From a virus (Duplodnaviria > Caudoviricetes): a stretch of 64,000 bases of DNA. The position numbers and the translations under genes are program-made. Positions 38,583 through 46,159 of the stretch are shown piece after piece. The notes beneath the pieces are model-generated. The model was not told the DNA's origin and made no database searches. It was given only the letters and a program-made list of their open reading frames with translations. Within the stretch, counting starts at the first letter, position 1, and each line of letters opens with the position of its first letter. The stretch spans positions 1-64,000 of the IMG/VR virus record IMGVR_UViG_3300014613_000021, one strand, 5' to 3'.

Positions 38583-40232
38583 TTAAAGAAAATCAAATGA
38601 AAATGATTCATTGACATATTTACAAGCCAAAATAGCTAACCATAACGAATAAACTGTATCATCATTTTCACTTATACTTGCAAGTCTGTTTTTATCAGTC
38701 CATGTTATACTACTTAATTCTGATGCAACTACATCTGTCATATCTCTTGACTGTGCGTCACCTCTCGGAAATTTCATCCTGCTTTGTTCAAATAAAATAG
38801 CCAGTCCCGGTAACCCTTTATCCAAATCAAACTTATTTGTTCCAGTTGTATGAGGAACAACATTCAAATTTGAATCATTTGCCAAATCTATCATTACTTT
38901 CTGAAAAGCGTTCGCCTCTGCCATAATTACGTCAGGAAGAAAATTAGCCTTTATTTGTTTTAACATTGCAATCTGCTTACTATAATGAACCCCCTTTTCT
39001 CTCCAATACCACAACAACCAATAATTGTCAAGTTCATCAATCCCTATTATTGTATAAACTGTATAATCGGCATCCATTTTTTCAGAAATAGCAAAGTCAC
39101 AACCAACACCTATTTTAACAAATTTTTTCTTAAATGAAAATATATTAGGTGTCATTATATAATCATCCATCCCTACAAATGCTTTTCTTATAATCTCATA
39201 AGGGAAAATAGAATTAGCATCTGAAACAGGAGTCACAAGTATTTCTCTTGAAAATTTAATTGAACCCTGTGAATCTTTTTTATCTAACAAATCTTGAAGT
39301 GTCCATCTATCTTCCCACAACAATTTTCCATTTGGAAAAACACCAGGATACTCAAAGACCCTCCACTTAGGATTAACTTTTAAATTCCCGTATAAATCTT
39401 TTTCATGGAATGGTGTTCCGATAACCTTAACCTCACCGGCCTTTAATACCATGTTCATTATTTCAGAATGGAAAACTTCTTCAAACTTTTCTCTCTGTTC
39501 TAATGAATATAAAGCTGATTTATTCAAAAAATCATCTACAACAATATAACCTGGATGAAACCCCCTTAAGGAACTATCAAAAGCTCCAAGCATTAACATT
39601 GCTCCATTTAAACAAGTTACCCCGTCCTCACCCCAACCTATTTTACCAGGATACAGTCTCTCTCTCAATATATTGTTGCCTTCAACTTCTTCTCTTATAA
39701 ATTTTAATAAATGCCTTGATAATTTAAACCGATTAGTTATAAGCATTCCAAGTTTAGTTAATCTTGCAGAAGGGGTATTTGGTTTATGTTGATACATTTT
39801 CCACAAAAGATATGCAAAAGAAAAAGCATGAGATTTACCATGATCTCTGGCCGCAAGAATACAAAGAAACCTGTGAAGTTGAATTAAATTAAACCATTCA
39901 ATATGATGCCAGCTTACATCAAACCCCGAAAGACAACTGATAACAAAATAATTAAGACTTATACACCTTAATTCTTCTTCTACATCTTTCGTTAAATATT
40001 GAAGATAATCAAATGTTAAGTTTTTTATGGGTTTAACTTTACATGAAAAAGCCTTCAATGTTTCGTCTGTAAGAACCTTTAAAATTTTATCTATATCCGT
40101 TTCATTCCCTGAAAACAACTCGTTTAGTGCCTCCGGAGAAAGACTGGAAATAATTTGTTCAGTAAACTTATAGGATTGATTTATTTCTTCAATAGAAATA
40201 ATTCTTTTTTTTGGAAGAAAAACCTTTTTCAT
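38583..40232 (-). CDS. terL: Terminase large subunit
   Basis: ARDHGKS Walker A, IVVDD, IGTP, GCDFAI nuclease, ENDDTV. Confidence 0.85.
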   Translation of the reverse strand: MKKVFLPKKRIISIEEINQSYKFTEQIISSLSPEALNELFSGNETDIDKILKVLTDETLKAFSCKVKPIKNLTFDYLQYLTKDVEEELRCISLNYFVISCLSGFDVSWHHIEWFNLIQLHRFLCILAARDHGKSHAFSFAYLLWKMYQHKPNTPSARLTKLGMLITNRFKLSRHLLKFIREEVEGNNILRERLYPGKIGWGEDGVTCLNGAMLMLGAFDSSLRGFHPGYIVVDDFLNKSALYSLEQREKFEEVFHSEIMNMVLKAGEVKVIGTPFHEKDLYGNLKVNPKWRVFEYPGVFPNGKLLWEDRWTLQDLLDKKDSQGSIKFSREILVTPVSDANSIFPYEIIRKAFVGMDDYIMTPNIFSFKKKFVKIGVGCDFAISEKMDADYTVYTIIGIDELDNYWLLWYWREKGVHYSKQIAMLKQIKANFLPDVIMAEANAFQKVMIDLANDSNLNVVPHTTGTNKFDLDKGLPGLAILFEQSRMKFPRGDAQSRDMTDVVASELSSITWTDKNRLASISENDDTVYSLWLAILACKYVNESFSFDFL

Positions 40233-40868
40233 CTAAATTTCAAATGTATCCCTGAACCTTTCTTCTTTTTTTTCTTCTTTTACAATAACTGTGCTTTCTC
40301 TAAAGCAATTTGCAAAATATTTAAATAAGCGCATTGTTGCCTCTGTATCTGGCATAGCTCTGTGAGCGTCCACAAGATTAAACCCGGATTTCTGACAACA
40401 AGTACTTAACTTATGGTTTTTCATTGTATCATCCAATCCCCATTTTAATCTTGAGATACACATAGTATCCCACATAAAACTATCCACAACAGAATATAGG
40501 TTTTTCTCACAAAACTCAAAAGCATATTCAAGAAATGGTGAGTCAAAACTTTTAAAATTATGTCCAACCATTTGAATCTTTTTATACTTACCCATCTTTA
40601 ACATTGAAAAGGCTTCGGTTAATTCGTCAACTATATCTTTTATCTCTCTTCCTTCTTTCTCAAGTAATTCAGGTATTATTCCTGTTACCTTTTGAGCTTC
40701 TGGACTGTAAAATAAGCCATTATAATTTTTTACTAATGATTCATATCTATATATTTCTTCCAAATTAGTATCAAGAAATATAATAGCTATTTCAGTTATT
40801 GGGTTTTTTTCAGCAGAAAAACCTCCTGTTTCGAGGTCTATTACTGCAAAATTATTGTCATAAATCAT
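40233..40868 (-). CDS. DEDDh 3'-5' exonuclease (Pol III epsilon-like)
   Basis: IDLETGG, GHNFKSFD, AHRAMPD. Confidence 0.9.
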   Translation of the reverse strand: MIYDNNFAVIDLETGGFSAEKNPITEIAIIFLDTNLEEIYRYESLVKNYNGLFYSPEAQKVTGIIPELLEKEGREIKDIVDELTEAFSMLKMGKYKKIQMVGHNFKSFDSPFLEYAFEFCEKNLYSVVDSFMWDTMCISRLKWGLDDTMKNHKLSTCCQKSGFNLVDAHRAMPDTEATMRLFKYFANCFRESTVIVKEEKKEERFRDTFEI

Positions 40869-40984
40869 TTGAGATAATTTTTTTTATTAATATTTAGTTT
40901 TATTTCACAATCTTTATAATTTTGTTATTCATTTCACTGTATTTTAATTAATTAAAATTTAAAAAAGTAATAAACGAAGTTAAC

Positions 40985-41009
40985 TACCACTGCATATTAG
41001 TTATAAGCC
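40985..41009 (-). repeat. Truncated attC-like site C1 (R'' and short left arm)
   Basis: Minus strand GGCTTATAAC-TAATA-TGCAG; R'' complements the cassette start GTTATAAGCC (41758-41767) exactly. Confidence 0.6.
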
Positions 41010-41783
41010 ATTAGCCCAACGCTCTGTTGCTTCCTTATATATTTCCGTGTCCAATTCGCTTAATATCCATTTTCTATTTAAACTATCTGCCACCTTACCC
41101 GTAGTTCCGCTACCACCAAAGCAATCAAATACAGTCTCGTTTTCATAAGAATAATATCGTATTACATTTTCCGCAAGTTTTTTTGGGAAGGATGCTGTGT
41201 GCCAACTTTTGGTTTCGGGTTGTATTTCCCACACGTTAGTTCGTTCATATTCACCGTTCACAAAGCTGTTATTTTGTAGTACCTTATCAATCAAAAAATT
41301 GGCTTTTTTCTTAAATACAAGTACATATTCTGTAACTATGTTCGGCTTGTATGCTACTGGCTTTCTATGTCTGTAAAACCCACCATTTCTATTCGCTGCT
41401 GCTCCATCAGGTTTCTTCCAAATTATATCTTCCAAAAACTCAAAGCCAATTTTCTCCATCATTGGTACAAAGTAGTAAGGTAATGGTATTCGGTAGCTTT
41501 GTTCACTACGTTTCTGCCTCTTTACAAGTACAGGGCTAATATTAATTACACACATTCTACTTGGTTTTAGCACTCGTTCAATCCCAAAAAAAACTTGCTC
41601 CATTTCGTGCATATAATCCGCTACACTACTATATTGGCTGTATTCTCTTGCATTGTAGTAAGGTGGCGAAGTGAACACTAAGTCTATGCTATTATCATCG
41701 AGTCTATTTATAGTTTCTTTACAGTCCTCATTCCAAAATTCCCCACGCTCAAATAACGGCTTATAACACGTGGTTAACGTCAT
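41001..41783 (-). CDS. Cassette-borne DNA N4C/N6A methyltransferase (beta class)
   Basis: FTSPPY, WHTASFP, FDCFGGSGTT; stop in R''; nearest in-frame ATG lies inside the upstream attC. Confidence 0.85.
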   Translation of the reverse strand: MTLTTCYKPLFERGEFWNEDCKETINRLDDNSIDLVFTSPPYYNAREYSQYSSVADYMHEMEQVFFGIERVLKPSRMCVINISPVLVKRQKRSEQSYRIPLPYYFVPMMEKIGFEFLEDIIWKKPDGAAANRNGGFYRHRKPVAYKPNIVTEYVLVFKKKANFLIDKVLQNNSFVNGEYERTNVWEIQPETKSWHTASFPKKLAENVIRYYSYENETVFDCFGGSGTTGKVADSLNRKWILSELDTEIYKEATERWANGL

Positions 41784-41891
41784 TGCCTTTTTCTTCGTTG
41801 ATAATTTCTTGGTTTTCCATGTTTTGTATTTCAATTAAAGTTTGTACTAAATTTAAGGTCGGCAACGAACGCCAACCGTCAAACATTATAG
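41761..41891 (-). repeat. attC-like recombination site C2 (131 bp)
   Basis: Minus strand CTATAAT-GTTTGAC-GGTTGGCGTTCGTTGCC...GGCAATGACGTTAACC-ACGT-GTTATAA. Confidence 0.7.
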
Positions 41892-42218
41892 CCAATATGA
41901 AATAAACTTACCAGCCATAAATAAAAGTCCGAATATTGCAATTAATCCTATCATTTCAACGCATTTATTTTGGAAGTGCTGTTTAAACGATAGCTTTGAC
42001 CTACTTACACATTTACCTGAATAAGATAAATGTATCCTTATCCAGTAAGTCATTTCAATTGCACTATCAATATTACCTTTGCAAAATTGAATAATCATCC
42101 ATCCTATTTCCCAAAATAAATGCTCAGCCCAGTTAAACATACTGGCTATAATACCGCATAAAACCAATAAAGGTTTCAGTGCATTTCGTAGGTTAGTAAT
42201 TCTATTTAAGTATTTCAT
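41886..42218 (-). CDS. Cassette-borne small membrane protein
   Basis: C-terminal hydrophobic helix; stop in R'' of C2; cassette start ATTATAGCCA complements R'' TGGCTATAAT. Confidence 0.65.
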   Translation of the reverse strand: MKYLNRITNLRNALKPLLVLCGIIASMFNWAEHLFWEIGWMIIQFCKGNIDSAIEMTYWIRIHLSYSGKCVSRSKLSFKQHFQNKCVEMIGLIAIFGLLFMAGKFISYWL

Positions 42219-42274
42219 ATATTGATAATTAAGTGTTTCAAATTCCTTTACTGGTCTTATGCAAAACGTTATAA
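42146..42274 (-). repeat. attC-like recombination site C3 (129 bp)
   Basis: Minus strand TTATAAC-GTTTT-GCATAAGACCAGTAAAGG...CCTTTATTGGTTTTATGC-GGT-ATTATAG. Confidence 0.7.
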
Positions 42275-42532
42275 AACAGTTTGCGAATATCGTTTCAGTG
42301 TTTTACCGCAAATCTGGCATTTATCAGTAAATGTTTTTTCAATCGGAATTGCACAATCGCAAACCGATTTTATAGCAGGTATAACACAATTTTTTGCTTG
42401 CGTTAGTGCTGCTATAATGTCATTGCAATTAATAAGCATTTCTGCTATTTGCTTTTTAGGCAACTTCATATACATTGCCATTTTTTCTTCTTTTGTCTGT
42501 TGTACTATCTGTAACATATTTTTAAGTTTCAT
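42269..42532 (-). CDS. Hypothetical protein with C-terminal Cys motif, stop in R'' of C3
   Basis: MYMKLPKKQIAEMLINCN...CDC..KCQIC..QTVL*. Confidence 0.65.
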   Translation of the reverse strand: MKLKNMLQIVQQTKEEKMAMYMKLPKKQIAEMLINCNDIIAALTQAKNCVIPAIKSVCDCAIPIEKTFTDKCQICGKTLKRYSQTVL

Positions 42533-42586
42533 AGTCTTTAATTTGTTAATATATATGTATATTTTCGTATCTACATATCAAAAATT

Positions 42587-42832
42587 TCACTCACCTAATA
42601 ACCTATAAACCTTCACTCCCGCAAAACGCAAATCAAGAGGCATTATTTCATTTCCCCCTAAATATGGAGGTAAGTAACCTCTCCTGATATAACCCTGAAC
42701 ATCAGAAACAGTAAAAGGGACACCTGATTTTTTCTTTCCAAATTTCTCATTTAAAAAATTAGTAAGCTGTGTTAATGTAAAATCTTTACCTTCCTGAATA
42801 GTTTGTTTCTTGTTTTCCATTTCATAAGACAT
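42587..42832 (-). CDS. Hypothetical (possible HTH) protein
   Basis: FTLTQLTNFLNE..SDVQGYIRRGYLP. Confidence 0.55.
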   Translation of the reverse strand: MSYEMENKKQTIQEGKDFTLTQLTNFLNEKFGKKKSGVPFTVSDVQGYIRRGYLPPYLGGNEIMPLDLRFAGVKVYRLLGE

Positions 42833-42839
42833 ATTGTTT

Positions 42840-43340
42840 TTAAACCAATTTTGACATTAATAGACAATAATATTGATAATCATTCACTTTTATAAACTTC
42901 ATCCTTTCATTAAAATTCAAAAGTTTTCTTTTTTCATTCATTGAACCGTGTTCCCAAATATCATGGCAACCTTTATTTCCGTTCATACTTAAACAATCGA
43001 ATACAATGTTTTCTTTTACACACTCAAATTTAGTGTTTTGACCTACCGGAATTATATGTGAATGACTTAATGGATTTACCCGACTTCCGCACCCTGAACA
43101 TATCCTTTCTCTTTCGGTATCTATTTCCCGGTAAACTTTGTTTTTAAGTTTCATTATTTCAGCTTTCTTTTTTGAAACCTGATTTATTACTTTTGATTGT
43201 GTTGGTAAATTATATTTTATATGACAATAATAAGATTCTCCCGGATGAAGTCTTTCCCAATTACATCTATTACACAACCAATATTTTTTGTTTACTATTG
43301 GTAGGTTTTTATTACACTTTTCGCAAAGTCCTCTCTGCAT
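42840..43340 (-). CDS. Zinc-binding HNH/NinG-like endonuclease
   Basis: CEKC..CNRC, CSGC..SHSHII..ENI..C..CH. Confidence 0.55.
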   Translation of the reverse strand: MQRGLCEKCNKNLPIVNKKYWLCNRCNWERLHPGESYYCHIKYNLPTQSKVINQVSKKKAEIMKLKNKVYREIDTERERICSGCGSRVNPLSHSHIIPVGQNTKFECVKENIVFDCLSMNGNKGCHDIWEHGSMNEKRKLLNFNERMKFIKVNDYQYYCLLMSKLV

Positions 43341-43893
43341 ATATTTTAGGTAAATTTATTTTCAATAATCCAATGCAACTGTTTTTAAAAAGACAACTAA
43401 AACAAAACTTACTTTTTCGATTGTAAAAGGTTGTGTTTTCAATACAATTTAAAAACCCCTCAGTATTGCCATAAAACCTTTCCTTTTCTTCTTCTTCTCT
43501 TTTACTTATATCAGTATGGGTTTTTTGCTCTGTTTTTATTAAATCACCCTTTTTTATTTCATATTGTCTACAAAATAATTCTGAAAAATAAATCTGGTTA
43601 TTGTCTTTCTCAATGAATCTTTTTAAAGCCTTGTTTCCAATAATCCAATTAAAATAAACCCTTCTTTTCCCGAGTTTCGTTCTTTTCTCATCCCAATACA
43701 TAAACTGAAAAGAAAAATAAAAAAATAACCAATCAAACCCAATTCCATCACCGTATTTTTTTTGAACCTTCTTTATAAAATTTTGGGTTGTTTTCTTGTC
43801 TTTATCAGTATATGTTAACGAAAATAATTCATTATTCGTTATCTTCCTATAAAAGTACTCAAAGAACTTTATTGTTTCACTTTCAGAAATCAC
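43312..43893 (-). CDS. Hypothetical phage protein
   Basis: ORF track; follows promoter at 43912-43943. Confidence 0.6.
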   Translation of the reverse strand: MISESETIKFFEYFYRKITNNELFSLTYTDKDKKTTQNFIKKVQKKYGDGIGFDWLFFYFSFQFMYWDEKRTKLGKRRVYFNWIIGNKALKRFIEKDNNQIYFSELFCRQYEIKKGDLIKTEQKTHTDISKREEEEKERFYGNTEGFLNCIENTTFYNRKSKFCFSCLFKNSCIGLLKINLPKIYAERTLRKV

Positions 43894-43911
43894 AATTAAA
43901 TATAATTTTTA

Positions 43912-43943
43912 TAAAAATATAAATAATATATTAATTTTCCAAA
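43912..43943 (-). promoter_or_regulatory. Bacteroidota-type promoter at the head of the replication/packaging block
   Basis: TTTG-N20-TATTTTTA. Confidence 0.55.
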
Positions 43944-43978
43944 TTTAGACAAACACCTTGTACTGCCCCTTACTGACT

Positions 43979-44020
43979 AAAAAATCCCCCAAGTATGCAT
44001 TAGAAAGAGGCATGGGGGAT
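43979..44020 (-). terminator. Rho-independent terminator at the end of the tail operon
   Basis: ATCCCCCA...TGGGGGAT stem followed by T6 on the minus strand. Confidence 0.75.
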
Positions 44021-44070
44021 ATATTGCCAGCAAGGGCTACTTCAAAGATACAAAATATTTAGGAACAAAG

Positions 44071-44235
44071 GTGAACTACCCACCCACGCCAGAGGCGATG
44101 GGTTTGGCTTCGGAAGTATGTGCAAATATACAAAAGTTTAAAGAAGAAACAATATTTATTTAAAATAATCATTAGCTTTGTATTGGGTCGCTTACATCCC
44201 CATAGCCTAAAGGCGTAGGGGTTTACGCTCAATTA
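44071..44235 (+). mobile_element. ORF-less IS200/IS605-type mini-element (both terminal hairpins, about 165 bp)
   Basis: Left hairpin identical to 3697-3728; right hairpin GCCTAAAGGC-containing palindrome followed by TTTACGCT; no ORF between. Confidence 0.6.
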
Positions 44236-44276
44236 GGTGAACTAAAAAAATTAAATTACAAAGAATAAGAAGTTAA

Positions 44277-44438
44277 TTATTTAGATGGGTAAGAATAAGA
44301 ATTAAATCGCTTATCTTGCGGATTGCCAAGACGTAAGTAATTGATGACCGTTTCTAATCTTATATTCTCCTTCTCTAATTCTTTTATTTTTTCTTTAAGT
44401 TCGATAATTTTCAATTCAAGAATTTCAAATTTATCCAT
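44277..44438 (-). CDS. Small coiled-coil protein (53 aa)
   Basis: Manual translation MDKFEILELKIIELKEKIKELEKENIRLE... Confidence 0.5.
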   Translation of the reverse strand: MDKFEILELKIIELKEKIKELEKENIRLETVINYLRLGNPQDKRFNSYSYPSK

Positions 44439-44446
44439 ATATTGTT

Positions 44447-45157
44447 TTATCTATCAATTGAATACGCCAATCTCAATGACCAATTTTGATTAAGTTTTTC
44501 AATATTGGGATTTGGATATTTATTCCAATATTCAACAGAATAAACACATTTTATTAACAGTTTTTTCAACAAATTGCAAGTAATTTGAAAATCACAATCA
44601 ATATCGTAATCAGAGAAATCGTAAATATTTGGTTTGTAAAAGAAAATCAACTCGGCGAAAATCCTGTCTGAAATATTTTGTTTCAACTTCGGTCGGATAG
44701 ATAACCGTATTCTGTTCTGTTCATCAATATCTGAAACAAAAACAGTCTTTTCATATAAAATAGCTGCACTAATAGAATATTTTGCCCTTTGCCTTTTTAG
44801 GAATAAATATTTTAGTCCAAATAAACCATAATTTTTACTCTTAATATCCTTTATTTCATTAACCCTATACTGGTATAATACAAACGGACTTAAGGTTGAT
44901 TGTGGCTTGTAATCAACCTGAAAATATATCTTTAAATCTCTATTTGTTACCCTATTCTCATTTTCTGAATATAGAAATTCACACCCCGTTGAATATTCAA
45001 ATAACGAATCCTTTCTTATAACCTCAAATAAACTGTTTAAATTCAAGTTTTGTATCTGTCCTAATGACAATCTACCTCCGGTTTCAAAACTTAGTTTAAA
45101 TTGAGAAAAACAAGGTATAAAGGAAAATAGCAATATAGATAAGAAAACAAACCTCAT
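44447..45157 (-). CDS. Signal-peptide-bearing outer-membrane beta-barrel-like protein (DUF481-like)
   Basis: Sec signal MRFVFLSILLFSFIPCFSQ; alternating amphipathic strands; terminal WSLRLAYS. Confidence 0.55.
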   Translation of the reverse strand: MRFVFLSILLFSFIPCFSQFKLSFETGGRLSLGQIQNLNLNSLFEVIRKDSLFEYSTGCEFLYSENENRVTNRDLKIYFQVDYKPQSTLSPFVLYQYRVNEIKDIKSKNYGLFGLKYLFLKRQRAKYSISAAILYEKTVFVSDIDEQNRIRLSIRPKLKQNISDRIFAELIFFYKPNIYDFSDYDIDCDFQITCNLLKKLLIKCVYSVEYWNKYPNPNIEKLNQNWSLRLAYSIDR

Positions 45158-45705
45158 TAATCCCAGTCAAAAATAATACTTATTTCATCTTCTGTTGAAA
45201 GGGTTTCTCCATAATGTTCTTCCAGATAGTCAAGTGATCTTTGTTCATCAATAACATCTGTTTCTAACGCTCTCTTTATCCAAAGGCCGACATACTTTCC
45301 GGCTAAAATATTTCCAAGAAGTTTCTTGTTTACAACCCCGTCAGCTTCATAAAATGTAGCATAATAAGGTAATGCTTTTCCACTTGCAATTTCCTCCATA
45401 TAATAGCCGCCATCACCGTCTTCCATTAATTCAACAGCGGCAAATTCAAGTTTAGAAAAGCATCCGTCCGGATAATCAAAATAAATATAAACATTAGAAA
45501 GCATTGAAACAGCCTCATTCTTTATGACAATCCCGATAATATCAAATCCGCCTCTGGATTCAGTAAGCAAACTTATGTCTCCAAAAAGATTATTTACTAA
45601 AGCATTTGGAATAGGTATTGAAGAAACATAACCACCTAAAGAATATTCTTTTTTCGGTTGTGATTCAAGATAAGACTTACCTCCGGTATAATAAAGTTTA
45701 ATCAT
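45157..45705 (-). CDS. Putative virion structural protein
   Basis: Position in tail operon; GKYVGLWIKR motif. Confidence 0.5.
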   Translation of the reverse strand: MIKLYYTGGKSYLESQPKKEYSLGGYVSSIPIPNALVNNLFGDISLLTESRGGFDIIGIVIKNEAVSMLSNVYIYFDYPDGCFSKLEFAAVELMEDGDGGYYMEEIASGKALPYYATFYEADGVVNKKLLGNILAGKYVGLWIKRALETDVIDEQRSLDYLEEHYGETLSTEDEISIIFDWD

Positions 45706-45707
45706 AA

Positions 45708-46145
45708 CTAACTAAGTTTACCTCCTACAACAATTATTAAAGTAGCATACTCTCCGGCAGCTAACCCCGCTATCTCTGAAATAAGTATCTCTTTGTCAAA
45801 ATCACTTATGTTTGCCAACTGAAACTGACTTCCCTTAAACACTTCAACAGCATCAAAAGAAACCGTGAATTTTATAGGATCAGGTGTTACACTCGTTGAC
45901 GTTTCCCTTTTGTAACAAAGTACATGAATAAAGGTTGCGTTTGCTTTTGTTATGCTTACATGATCAAAAATATTAATCGAATAAGTTGCAGACAAAGTGT
46001 AACTTACTGAAAATATTTTTCTGTCAACAGCGTCTATTTGAAAGTCAGAAGACTCATCTCCTTCAATGAGATTGTTTACAAGAAATTGATTTTCTAAAGA
46101 ACCTTCTTGTTCTTCTGTTAATGTGGTTTGAATTTTTAAACTCAT
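45708..46145 (-). CDS. Putative virion structural protein
   Basis: Position, beta-rich. Confidence 0.45.
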   Translation of the reverse strand: MSLKIQTTLTEEQEGSLENQFLVNNLIEGDESSDFQIDAVDRKIFSVSYTLSATYSINIFDHVSITKANATFIHVLCYKRETSTSVTPDPIKFTVSFDAVEVFKGSQFQLANISDFDKEILISEIAGLAAGEYATLIIVVGGKLS

Positions 46146-46159
46146 GTCTTATTGTGTTT

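Noticed and set aside
9744-40232. Inteins or group I introns in RNR, RecA, DnaE, helicase or terminase
   Set aside because: Lengths are typical, motifs are colinear, and no intein C-terminal HN-C/S/T insertion or split frame is evident.
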